Shown here piece by piece: positions 1-8,920 of a stretch of DNA of 64,000 nt (its first letter is position 1; each line of letters starts with the position of its first letter). Position numbers and translations under genes: made by a program. Source of the stretch: Candidatus Giovannonibacteria bacterium (GTDB lineage: Bacteria; Patescibacteriota; Minisyncoccia; JACPKW01; UBA11713). The stretch spans positions 13,508 to 77,507 of the forward strand of contig JACPKW010000001.1 in assembly GCA_016186825.1 (NCBI GenBank). Reading direction: 5' to 3'. Below the pieces are notes generated by a model. That model worked only from the letters and a program-made list of their open reading frames with translations. It ran no database searches and was not told the DNA's origin.

Positions 1-13
1 TTTGTTATGATTG

Positions 14-481
14 TTACTCATATTCTTTCGAAACATTAATACTCCACTTAAAAGTTCTGATAACGCCGCCAACGTCCGCAATTCTAAGCTCAATTGATTT
101 AGGCACAGGCTTAATTGCATTGTAAATCAATGCGCCTTCGCGATGATGTCCGCCCGGCGGAGCGCCCTCCCATTGAATCGCCGCATATTCCTTTCCGCGA
201 TCATCCATGAGCATGGAATTTAAAACCATATCCTGACTAAGTTCAACAATGTGAGTACTCATAGATATGTTAAATTTCCATTTTTCACTTTTCTCTGAAA
301 TATCGACCGGCGTGACAGTTACTGTTACATCTTTTTGTTCATCAGTTTTAGTCTCAAGCTCAATTTTCTCCGAACTTTGGTCGTTAGAAATATTTTCTTT
401 AGATAATGGCGCGCTTTTAAGTATGAAAAATCCAGCCACGATCAACGCAAAGATGAAAATATAAATTTCGATTTTGCTCAT
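14..481 (-). CDS. Membrane-anchored/secreted protein of the metal operon (His motifs MSTH, GGHH)
   Basis: N-terminal TM helix, beta-rich body; overlaps the upstream gene, downstream of csoR. Confidence 0.7.
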   Translation of the reverse strand: MSKIEIYIFIFALIVAGFFILKSAPLSKENISNDQSSEKIELETKTDEQKDVTVTVTPVDISEKSEKWKFNISMSTHIVELSQDMVLNSMLMDDRGKEYAAIQWEGAPPGGHHREGALIYNAIKPVPKSIELRIADVGGVIRTFKWSINVSKEYE

Positions 482-930
482 AAATGTCCCCTAAATCTGA
501 TAATTTTATAACTTATTAAAATAATGCCGAACATATTAAACGCAAGTCCAACCCAAAATAATTCTATTTGATACTGGGTAATGACCGTAAACGCGCCTGC
601 AATGCCGATAATTGGAATGAGATTTGCAAGATAGTGCGCGCAGCAAGAGATCATGGCAATTGTAGAAGTTGTTCCCGTAACAGCGATAGTAGTTTTGGAT
701 ATCTTCTCGCTTTGAAGCCTAACAACTTTCTTTAAATATGAATAAAGGCTGATTTGAATGCCGAAACCAATAGCAAGACTTATTAGATATGGCCAAAATA
801 AAAGAAACTGGTTTATTGCAAATTGAATTCCTGAAATGAAGGATACGAGAGAAAAATATACTGCAAGTATTGTGGCAAATGCAATCAAGCCATTCAGAAA
901 AAAATTAATTTTCTGTTTTAAAGCAAGCAT
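478..930 (-). CDS. 4-TM membrane protein with CCAH putative metal-binding motif
   Basis: Hydrophobic helices, MISCCAHYL motif, csoR operon context. Confidence 0.75.
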   Translation of the reverse strand: MLALKQKINFFLNGLIAFATILAVYFSLVSFISGIQFAINQFLLFWPYLISLAIGFGIQISLYSYLKKVVRLQSEKISKTTIAVTGTTSTIAMISCCAHYLANLIPIIGIAGAFTVITQYQIELFWVGLAFNMFGIILISYKIIRFRGHL

Positions 931-942
931 AAAGATTACTAA

Positions 943-1209
943 TTAATTATTCCTGATACTGACGTTATGCATCCAAACTATATACATTCCAAAAATAACC
1001 GAAAAAGTAAAAACGTAAACAGCGCCTAGCGCAATACTTGCCGTATCGCCCCATATGAACCCCGGCAAAGTCTCAAAAAAGGCATGGTGCAAGTCAGTTC
1101 CGCGAGCTGTTCTTAGCGGTAAGTAGCCGCCAATTATGCAGAGAATATAAAGAACTTCTCCGCCGAGCACGCAGAGCGGAACATAAATTTTGTAAGCGAG
1201 CTTTCCCAT
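943..1209 (-). CDS. Small membrane protein, DUF5676-like
   Basis: 2 TM with HHAFFETLPGFIW; coupled to csoR. Confidence 0.65.
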   Translation of the reverse strand: MGKLAYKIYVPLCVLGGEVLYILCIIGGYLPLRTARGTDLHHAFFETLPGFIWGDTASIALGAVYVFTFSVIFGMYIVWMHNVSIRNN

Positions 1210-1481
1210 TATTTTTTTCTTTGAGCTAATTTATAAATTTTGAGGATTTCCTCAATCGACCTTTTTTCTTTACCGCTCTTCATCTGATCAATAACATGGG
1301 TTGAAAGGTGGTTTTCAAGCAAAATATGCTCTACGCCCGAAAGAGCTTCTTTGATAGCGTTTGATTGAGTTATGATATCAACGCAGTAAACATCACTAGC
1401 AACCATTTTCTGAATGCCTCGAATCTGCCCTTCAACTATCTTGAGGCGCCTCAATATCCTTTCTTTGTTTTCCTTTCGCAT
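1209..1481 (-). CDS. csoR: CsoR/RcnR family metal-sensing repressor
   Basis: RRLKIVEGQIRGIQKMV..YCVDIITQ..LENHLSTHV signature. Confidence 0.9.
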   Translation of the reverse strand: MRKENKERILRRLKIVEGQIRGIQKMVASDVYCVDIITQSNAIKEALSGVEHILLENHLSTHVIDQMKSGKEKRSIEEILKIYKLAQRKK

Positions 1482-1489
1482 TTATCCAT

Positions 1490-1508
1490 CATACCCCCAT
1501 AGGGTATG
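1490..1508. promoter_or_regulatory. CsoR-type operator CATACCC-N5-GGGTATG
   Basis: Inverted repeat with G/C tract 8 bp upstream of csoR start; matches the ATACCC..GGGTAT CsoR operator architecture. Confidence 0.85.
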
Positions 1509-1512
1509 GAAG

Positions 1513-2151
1513 TCAAATCTCATATTCTATATTAAGATCAAAAACGTCGAACTTAATTCCTTTGGATTCAAGGATCTTTGCCGGAATTGATTGCGTTGGT
1601 CCAGGGATTTTCAGCATGCCGTCGTGGACTGGAAAACAGATTTTGGGTTTTAAATCTAAGGCATAATCAATTCCATCCGAAAGCCTCATCCACGGACCCG
1701 CCACAGGCAATGCCATAATTTCGATCTTTCGTCCGGGATCAGTGGTCAAAATATCTCCCGGATAAAAAAACTTTTTTGAAATAAAATAACCTGTGTTCCG
1801 CACAAGTGGGATAGAAGAATGAATTACGGCATGATCTTTTCCGTATCCTTCGATCAAAAGCCCGCCGACAGAAAGAAATTGCCCTCCTTCTACAAGATCA
1901 AATTTAATATTTTCCTTTTTAAGAATTACGCCCACTCCCCCATTTGTTATTATTCTTGTTTCAGCATTATTATTTAAAATCTGCTTAAGTGAATTTAAAT
2001 CTAGATGGTCCTGATGTTCATGTGTAATTAGTATAGCGTCAACATTTTTGACATCATTTTGACTCTCGGAATAATTACCCGGGTCGATCAAAACCCTTAC
2101 TCCATTTTCTTCAACAAGCATGCAGGCATGCCCAAACTTCGTAATCTTCAT
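1513..2151 (-). CDS. MBL-fold metallo-hydrolase
   Basis: THEHQDH motif, GHAC, YPGD, PVH. Confidence 0.9.
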   Translation of the reverse strand: MKITKFGHACMLVEENGVRVLIDPGNYSESQNDVKNVDAILITHEHQDHLDLNSLKQILNNNAETRIITNGGVGVILKKENIKFDLVEGGQFLSVGGLLIEGYGKDHAVIHSSIPLVRNTGYFISKKFFYPGDILTTDPGRKIEIMALPVAGPWMRLSDGIDYALDLKPKICFPVHDGMLKIPGPTQSIPAKILESKGIKFDVFDLNIEYEI

Positions 2152-2218
2152 GCATTCAATAATAGCATAGAGTAAAATTTTTTTTTGTTACGGTTTGATA
2201 ATCGTGACATTTAGAAAA

Positions 2219-2260
2219 CACGGTACCATCTTGGTGCGATCGCACCAAGATGGTACCGTG
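2219..2260. repeat. Perfect 42-bp palindrome (36-bp core GGTACCATCTTGGTGCGATCGCACCAAGATGGTACC), solo copy of family A
   Basis: Core near-identical to 61918-61953 and 61311-61346. Confidence 0.95.
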
Positions 2261-2289
2261 ATAGCATTCTCAATTTTTTGAATTTCTAA

Positions 2290-2664
2290 TTAAGCGTTTT
2301 GCCAAAGGCTTAGCACATTATCTTCCGTGTCCCGGAAATATGCGACAAAACCCATCTTGCCTACCGGAGTCTTTTCTTTCAGAACTTCCCCGCCGTTTTC
2401 GCGGATTTTTTCAAGAGTCGAATCAATGTCTCGAACATTTATCGAAAATGAGGGGCCAGCTAAATTTCCTCCACGCAGTGCCATCCCCCCATTTATGGCG
2501 CCGGGCTCTTTCGGCCTCATATTCTCATCCACCTCAACTGTTTGGGCAATGACATAATTCATCTCGGGATAATCGTTCATTTTCCAACCAAAAATACCAG
2601 AGTAAAATTTTTTCGCGCGCGTGAGATCATCCGCAGGCAACTCAAAATGCACAACTTTATTCAT
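2290..2664 (-). CDS. VOC/glyoxalase family protein
   Basis: VVHFEL..RAKKFY..FGW, AINGG, YFRDTEDN. Confidence 0.9.
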   Translation of the reverse strand: MNKVVHFELPADDLTRAKKFYSGIFGWKMNDYPEMNYVIAQTVEVDENMRPKEPGAINGGMALRGGNLAGPSFSINVRDIDSTLEKIRENGGEVLKEKTPVGKMGFVAYFRDTEDNVLSLWQNA

Positions 2665-2736
2665 GTTATTACGTTAGATTAATAATATTTAATACTATGT
2701 TTGCCACTCCTTGGTTACAAAGTTTCCACTATATAA

Positions 2737-3231
2737 TCATCCTATTATTTTGGGTGTTTTATACTCGTATGAGATGCGGTTGAATTCATCTGTTGGATAT
2801 ATTCTGATGCCGTCTTCGAAACAAAGCGCAAATTCTCTAATTCCAGCCTCCAATGCCGCACGGCTGCAAATTGTGCACTTCAGGGCAGTTGCTTTAACTT
2901 TATCTCCGTTTTCATCCACGCAAACAAAGTAAATCGTTGCGCTTTCCATATCATTTCTTTTTTTTATCGCATCCTGAATTGCGCGCTGTTCGGCATGAAT
3001 ACAGCAGGTACGGTCATGCCTGAATCCGGCTGGAATTTCGTATTCATTCAGACAAGTCCTAAGTTCTGGATTATTTTGTGGAGGCGAATTGAAACCTTCG
3101 CCGATTATTTTCCCGTATTTAACTATCACGGCTCCGCATTTCGCGCGCAAACACAACGAATTTGCAGCAACTCTTGCCGTCTCATTAAACCATTTCATTT
3201 CTTTATATTGATCGAGTGGAATCAGCTTCAT
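2737..3231 (-). CDS. Zn-dependent cytidine/dCMP deaminase family protein
   Basis: CLRAKCGAVIV, HAE, CxxC (KCTIC). Confidence 0.85.
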   Translation of the reverse strand: MKLIPLDQYKEMKWFNETARVAANSLCLRAKCGAVIVKYGKIIGEGFNSPPQNNPELRTCLNEYEIPAGFRHDRTCCIHAEQRAIQDAIKKRNDMESATIYFVCVDENGDKVKATALKCTICSRAALEAGIREFALCFEDGIRIYPTDEFNRISYEYKTPKIIG

Positions 3232-3803
3232 GATTTATTAGAAAGTTCCAATAAATTTTCAATAATATCTGGCAATTCGGCGCAGGATTTCTCATCATTT
3301 ATTGGACCCGAAAAATGCCCCATATTGTGTTTCAAAATAGTTTTAGCACCAAGCTCTTTTTTAAATATTTCTGCAAATCGCATATCAACAAAAGGATCAT
3401 TATCTGAATAGACCGAAACAAAACCATTTTTAGATGATGATTTTATCTTAGCAAAGTCGAAAGGACTCCCGAAAAAATTATTAATTTCCTCAAATCCAAT
3501 ATCTTCAGTAAATCCTGCCACAAATAAAACGCCGCCTACTTTTTCATTAACTTTGAGATTTTCCAAATATCGAAGTATTGTTGCACACCCAATACTATGT
3601 CCGATTAAATACAAATCCGCATCAGGAACTCCTATAATCTTTGCCAAAAACGGAACCCAAATATCCTGTCGCGGGTTATTTGTATCGGGAAAAGCTGGAA
3701 CAGATACATTAATGCCGCGTGCTTCGAGTTCTTTTTTTACATATGGATACCAGTAATATTCCGGATTCCCTTCCCAGCAATGGACAATAATTGCTCTTTT
3801 CAT
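3228..3803 (-). CDS. RBBP9/YdeN family alpha/beta hydrolase
   Basis: GHSIG nucleophile elbow, SDNDPFV, GHF. Confidence 0.9.
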   Translation of the reverse strand: MKRAIIVHCWEGNPEYYWYPYVKKELEARGINVSVPAFPDTNNPRQDIWVPFLAKIIGVPDADLYLIGHSIGCATILRYLENLKVNEKVGGVLFVAGFTEDIGFEEINNFFGSPFDFAKIKSSSKNGFVSVYSDNDPFVDMRFAEIFKKELGAKTILKHNMGHFSGPINDEKSCAELPDIIENLLELSNKS

Positions 3804-3826
3804 TTTAAATCACTTGTCATATTTTA

Positions 3827-5698
3827 TTATTTGGTTATTGATCTTTCAATTAAATCGCTATCTTCAATATCATCAACAGCAATTTCCTCTGAAATCTCTT
3901 TCTCTTCCACTGCTGGTTCTGTTTCAGTCAAAAATCCTCCGGCCTGAATTGACCACAGTTTTTTATAAAGCCCCTCTTTTTGAAGAAGTTTTGCATGCGT
4001 TCCTTCGTCTATAATCTTCCCGTTATCAATCACTAGAATCCTATCCATTTTCATAATCGTGGAAAGGCGATGCGCAATGACAACGACAGTTTTCCCCTGC
4101 ATCAATGTTTGCAAAGCATCTTGAATTAAGGCCTCGGACTCGGAATCCAGGCTTGAAGTCGCCTCATCAAGAATCAATATTGGCGAATTTTTTAATATTG
4201 CCCGCGCAATCGCAACTCTTTGGCGTTCACCGCCGGATAATTTAACGCCACGCTCGCCAACATAAGTATTGTAACCGTCAGGAAGAGATCTGATAAATTC
4301 ATCGGCGTGCGCTTTCTTGGCGGCATCAACCACTTCTTCATCTATTGCGTCTCGCTTTCCATAACGGATATTGTCCATGAGAGTCCTATGAAATAATATC
4401 GGTTCCTGCGGAACAAAAGCAATCGAATTTCTCAAGCTTTCCTGTGTAACTCGTGAAATATTTTGCCCGTCAATCTCAATTGAACCGCTTCTAACGTCAT
4501 AAAGGCGAAGTAAAAGTTTTGTTACGGTGGTTTTTCCCGCCCCCGATGGACCGACGAGCGCAACTTTTTCTCCGCCGTCGATTTTCAGATTGAAGTTATT
4601 GAGCACAGGCCGATTTTCGTGAAAGTGAAAATTTATATTTTTTATGTTGATCTCGGCACGATAAGTTTTTATTGTAGGAGCATTAAGAATATCTTGGATT
4701 TCATGCGGAGTTGTTAAAATTTCTACCATTTCGCCCCCATCGGCAAAGGCATCATAGATGCGCCTAAATTCGCGATTGATTCCATCCAAACGGTTAAACG
4801 TGCCCAAAAGATATGTCTGGATCAAAACAAAATCTCCTATCGTAAGAAGTCCTTGCCTCCAAAAAATTATCGCCCCATATAGCATTGTGACGTTAATGAC
4901 AACCGTGAGAAATCCCTGCCCCGCCCAAATCATTTCATCCGCGTTCCATGACCGCATCGTTGCATAAAGCCACCTGGAAACCGCTAGTTTAAATCTCGCG
5001 TATTCATGCTCTAGGCCTGAAAAAAGCGTTACGGTAGTCTGATTTGAAATGGAATCAGCGAGTGCGCCAACCATGCGACTGTCCTCTTCGGAGCGCATAT
5101 TTCTGATGGGCTGGCGCAATCTCGCGACAAAAAACTGGAAAATGATGAAAAATATTACCCAAGCTGCAAGGATTAATCCCAAAGTCTCATTTCTGATAAA
5201 AAGGACAATATCCACACCAACAACAAACAAAAATGTTGGAAAAAAACTCATCATAATCGCATCGAAAAGAGTTTCAAATGCGTGGGTAAATTTACTCACA
5301 CGGCGAGTCAGAGTGCCTGCAAACTGGGAAATAAAGAAGTGATATGAATGCCCAATGAGATAGTCAAAAGCAGTCGAATAAAGATCCGCCATGGCCATAG
5401 CTTCAAGCCTCACAATACTGAATGTAAATGTCCTTCTCGCGATCCATTCAAAAAATAAAACAAACGCGATAATAACAAGAAGCGAAAGAAGTTCTCCGGC
5501 TATTTGGGCGCTTGGGGTCTTTGACGCCAGCAAATTAAAGAAAGTTCTCAAATAAAGCGGGGCCGCGAGGCTCGCCGCCTGAATCCCAATCGTTCCCAAA
5601 ACTACAGCGCTAAAAAGCCATGGATATGCAATGGCATGTTTAAAAAAAATATTTATCACCGCGCCCGCGCGGCTTTTTGAATCAAGATTACTTTGCAT
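3827..5698 (-). CDS. ABC exporter, fused TMD + ATPase
   Basis: 6 TM; GPSGAGKT, LSGGERQR, ILDEATS. Confidence 0.95.
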   Translation of the reverse strand: MQSNLDSKSRAGAVINIFFKHAIAYPWLFSAVVLGTIGIQAASLAAPLYLRTFFNLLASKTPSAQIAGELLSLLVIIAFVLFFEWIARRTFTFSIVRLEAMAMADLYSTAFDYLIGHSYHFFISQFAGTLTRRVSKFTHAFETLFDAIMMSFFPTFLFVVGVDIVLFIRNETLGLILAAWVIFFIIFQFFVARLRQPIRNMRSEEDSRMVGALADSISNQTTVTLFSGLEHEYARFKLAVSRWLYATMRSWNADEMIWAGQGFLTVVINVTMLYGAIIFWRQGLLTIGDFVLIQTYLLGTFNRLDGINREFRRIYDAFADGGEMVEILTTPHEIQDILNAPTIKTYRAEINIKNINFHFHENRPVLNNFNLKIDGGEKVALVGPSGAGKTTVTKLLLRLYDVRSGSIEIDGQNISRVTQESLRNSIAFVPQEPILFHRTLMDNIRYGKRDAIDEEVVDAAKKAHADEFIRSLPDGYNTYVGERGVKLSGGERQRVAIARAILKNSPILILDEATSSLDSESEALIQDALQTLMQGKTVVVIAHRLSTIMKMDRILVIDNGKIIDEGTHAKLLQKEGLYKKLWSIQAGGFLTETEPAVEEKEISEEIAVDDIEDSDLIERSITK

Positions 5699-5808
5699 AA
5701 AAATAATTTAGCATGTCAAGCTAAATTTAAAAACTAGCGGAAATTCAATTTGCAAAGACTTCAATGTGAAAATTTTGATATAATTTTTGATATCTGAAAT
5801 TTCAGTTG

Positions 5809-5879
5809 CTGCCGGGCTTGGACTCGAACCAAGATACTGGGCTTCAAAGGCCCATGTCCTACCGTTAGACGACCCGGCA
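5809..5879 (-). tRNA. tRNA-Gln(TTG)
   Basis: Cloverleaf TGCCGGG/CCCGGCA, anticodon arm TGGGC-CTTTGAA-GCCCA, T-arm GTTCGAGTC. Confidence 0.95.
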
Positions 5880-5996
5880 ATACATCCAAACTTACCAAAA
5901 AATGGCCGAATTTTCAATCAAATTTTGATTGCTTTTGTTTTATTGGATGCTAGAATCCAAAAAGCTGAAACTTTACAACAAACCAAAGGAGGATAT

Positions 5997-6236
5997 ATGT
6001 TGCTATTCATCATGTCTTCAATATTGGTGGTTCTTGGAATGGCAGTCGCGCTTTTGTCCCTAATCTGCTGGCAAATTAGCGTTGGCTCTTTTTTAGAACT
6101 CAACTCATTTGACGGCGCAAACAAGGATTCAACGACAAAACAATGGATCGATGAAGCGGGACTGCCTTCAGTAAGGTGGTTTAAAATCTCACTTTTAATT
6201 TTCTTTCTGGGGCTTGTCGGAGTTTTTTACTTCTGA
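5997..6236 (+). CDS. Small 2-TM hypothetical protein (true start probably ATG 5997)
   Basis: AAGGAGG SD before ATG; hydrophobic ends. Confidence 0.6.
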   Translation: MLLFIMSSILVVLGMAVALLSLICWQISVGSFLELNSFDGANKDSTTKQWIDEAGLPSVRWFKISLLIFFLGLVGVFYF

Positions 6237-6348
6237 TACTGACCGTGAGCTTGCAATTGAGGGCGGCGCAATATGCGACCGCCCTCAAAACGTTTTTAGT
6301 CAAGAAAACTTGCTTCAAAAAGCATAGTTAGCACTTAATAGGAAGTTT

Positions 6349-6882
6349 ATGAAAATTTCAGACAAATTTCCTCAATTTAATAACAATAAGACCATGATGA
6401 TCGTGGCGGCAAAGCAGGATGCGAGATTTTTAATCGCTCGAGATGGAATCTTGGAAGAAGCAAAGGTATTCCGGATTGAAAAACGAAGATATTCCGATCG
6501 TGAAGGGCATTTCAAGGTCAGAGGGCACGGCATCGAAGTTTCTTCAGGCGCGGTTTATGAAGAACCAAAAGAAGCGATGCTCCGTGACTTCTTGGCACGA
6601 TTTATTGCAGTAACTAAAGACCTCCTATTAAAATATGATTTCGGGAATGTAATTATATTTATCCCAGAAAACCTGAAAAAACTGGTTATAAACGCCTTGC
6701 CTTCATACTTTCAAAAGAAAATTAGCGCCGTATTTTACGGAAATTACTTTAAATATCATCCATTCAAGCTGCTCGAGAAAATGAAAACCGAGAGCTCAAA
6801 TAAAATTCCGCCTTCAAATTTAAAACCTGAAGCTAAGAAAATCCTTGATCGTCCAAAAAAAACTTCAACAGCTAAAATTTAG
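6349..6882 (+). CDS. Host-attachment / baeRF-like family protein
   Basis: MIVAAKQDARF..YSDREGHF..F...I pattern. Confidence 0.6.
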   Translation: MKISDKFPQFNNNKTMMIVAAKQDARFLIARDGILEEAKVFRIEKRRYSDREGHFKVRGHGIEVSSGAVYEEPKEAMLRDFLARFIAVTKDLLLKYDFGNVIIFIPENLKKLVINALPSYFQKKISAVFYGNYFKYHPFKLLEKMKTESSNKIPPSNLKPEAKKILDRPKKTSTAKI

Positions 6883-6953
6883 CATCCAAATTTTAGGTTA
6901 CACCGACATGATCGCCCCAGGATGCAACGATGAAAAAAATAAACATTGACTGC

Positions 6954-7196
6954 TTACTTTTCCGTATAGCTTGCGAGGCGCATCGAAACAAACGTGATTA
7001 TGAGCGTCAAGATCAGCGCGTAGATGAATTTGGCAATGACATTGTTGGGTGCGTCGCCGAAAATTGATTTAAACAGCGACTGAATCGCATCATTCCACGC
7101 CAAAGCAGCGACTAATCCTAAACCAGCCAACATAAGAGTGATCGTTCTTTCGGTTACAGCTTTTTTAATATCTTTTTTATTGGTGTTTTCGTCCAT
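6954..7196 (-). CDS. DUF5654-like small membrane protein
   Basis: GLGLVAALAWNDAIQ motif. Confidence 0.8.
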   Translation of the reverse strand: MDENTNKKDIKKAVTERTITLMLAGLGLVAALAWNDAIQSLFKSIFGDAPNNVIAKFIYALILTLIITFVSMRLASYTEK

Positions 7197-7200
7197 AAAA

Positions 7201-8289
7201 TTAATTAGTTATTTTTAATACCGCAAGCTCGAGCGCCAGCTGCGGGAGATAAGCAGCTTTCAATAAGTCATAAGATTCATTTAACGCAGACAAAGTTTGC
7301 TCTATTTTATTTGTTTCAGTTTTATCTGAATTTTCCTTCAGAAATGCAAGCTCTTTTTTGGAAATAATTTTTTCAAGCTCTTTTTCGTGTTCAGGAACGA
7401 CTTTTAAATAAAGCATGAATCTGAAATTTCGAATAAGCATCTTAAAAAATGCCTTAATGTCGGTGCCCCCCAAAATACTCTTCTGAACCGTTTGAATGCC
7501 GCTTTTGGTATCGTTAGAAATAAGCGCCAAAATTAATTTTTCGAGAAGCTCGCTTCCCGGAACGCCCAAAAGGAGGCGGACATCTTTCGATTTAATTTCA
7601 CCCTCTGAAAAAGCTAGCGCCTGATCAAGCACGCTTTGTGCATCTCTTAATGAGCCTTCAGCAAGGGCCGCAATTATTCCCAATGCTTCCGGTTCAGCTC
7701 TCAACTTTTCTTTTTTGCAAATCTCTGCCAATGCCCCGACTAGATCTTCTTCAGGAATTCTACGAAACTCAAAATGCTGCACCCGTGAAATTATCGTTTC
7801 AGGAACTTTATCAATTTCTGTTGTCGCAAGAATAAAAACGATATGCAAGGGCGGCTCTTCCAGCGTCTTCAAAAGCGCGTTAAAGGCTTCTTTCGTAAGC
7901 ATATGCACTTCGTCAATAATATAAACTTTGTATTTAGATCTAAACGGAAGCATCTCAACCGCTTCCTTTAAAGCGCGGATCTCGTCAATTCCTCTGGAGG
8001 ATGCCGCATCAATTTCAATTAAATCAAGCGTGGCGCCGGAGACAAATTCTCTACAAATATCGCAATCATTACAAGGGCGCGCCTCGAGCTTTTTCGATTG
8101 ACAGTTTATTGCGCGCGCAAAAATCCGCGCGACAGTTGTTTTTCCGGTCCCGCGAGGTCCTGAAAAAAGATAAGCATGTGAAATGCGATTTTTTATAATA
8201 GCGGCAGTTAAAACTGCGAGCACATGTTTTTGCCCGACGACTTCGTCGAATCTTTGGGGACGGTATTTTCGGTATAAAACTTCCGACAT
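7201..8289 (-). CDS. dnaX: DNA polymerase III subunit gamma/tau (short form)
   Basis: LYRKYRPQRF, GPRGTGKTT, Zn CxxC, EIDAAS, DEVHML. Confidence 0.95.
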   Translation of the reverse strand: MSEVLYRKYRPQRFDEVVGQKHVLAVLTAAIIKNRISHAYLFSGPRGTGKTTVARIFARAINCQSKKLEARPCNDCDICREFVSGATLDLIEIDAASSRGIDEIRALKEAVEMLPFRSKYKVYIIDEVHMLTKEAFNALLKTLEEPPLHIVFILATTEIDKVPETIISRVQHFEFRRIPEEDLVGALAEICKKEKLRAEPEALGIIAALAEGSLRDAQSVLDQALAFSEGEIKSKDVRLLLGVPGSELLEKLILALISNDTKSGIQTVQKSILGGTDIKAFFKMLIRNFRFMLYLKVVPEHEKELEKIISKKELAFLKENSDKTETNKIEQTLSALNESYDLLKAAYLPQLALELAVLKITN

Positions 8290-8871
8290 TTATTTTCTAA
8301 AGACGAAAAATTTATATCCAAAAAAGTTTGCAAGCAAAGCCACAATTGAACCGAATGCCGCGCCGATATTTGCCCAAAGTTTTGGCTCAATTCCAAATTG
8401 CGGCCGAACGACATTTACAATGAAAGAGGCGACGCCCACAGTCAGCGCCAGAGATACCGCGCTAACGATGAGGAATTTCACGTACTCGCCCGCTTCGACG
8501 TTGCTCTGCATCGAAAAAGTCCAGAATTTGTTCCAGAGATAGCTATTTATGTTAGCGATAATGAAACTTAGAGCGGAAAAAAGCGAGAATCCAAAACCTT
8601 CTGTAATTCCAGTTTGAGCCATTAATAAATTTAAAACACCAAAAAAAACTACAAAATTTAAACCACCTGCCACAAAAAACTTTCCAAATTGAAAAAATCT
8701 TTGCCCAAAGGTTCCGACAAACCATATAAAAAGTCCGGAACCGAGAGGAAGCACGATAAGCAACAATAAGTTTTCAAAAGGGACTTTGAGTTCGATATAG
8801 CGAAGTGTCGGGAAAAGAAATACACCTGCGATTAATCCTGCAATCAGAGCCAAAAGGAAATCTTTTTTCAT
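8290..8871 (-). CDS. GtrA family flippase-like membrane protein
   Basis: QFGKFFVAG, NSYLWNKFWTF, NFFGYKFFVF. Confidence 0.85.
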   Translation of the reverse strand: MKKDFLLALIAGLIAGVFLFPTLRYIELKVPFENLLLLIVLPLGSGLFIWFVGTFGQRFFQFGKFFVAGGLNFVVFFGVLNLLMAQTGITEGFGFSLFSALSFIIANINSYLWNKFWTFSMQSNVEAGEYVKFLIVSAVSLALTVGVASFIVNVVRPQFGIEPKLWANIGAAFGSIVALLANFFGYKFFVFRK

Positions 8872-8920
8872 GTTTTAATAATACACTTAAATTTAACTGA
8901 TATGAAGCTATAATTAAGGC

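Noticed and set aside
5708-5996. ORFs overlapping tRNA-Gln (likewise those over tRNA-Ala and tRNA-Ile)
   Set aside because: Explained by the tRNA genes.
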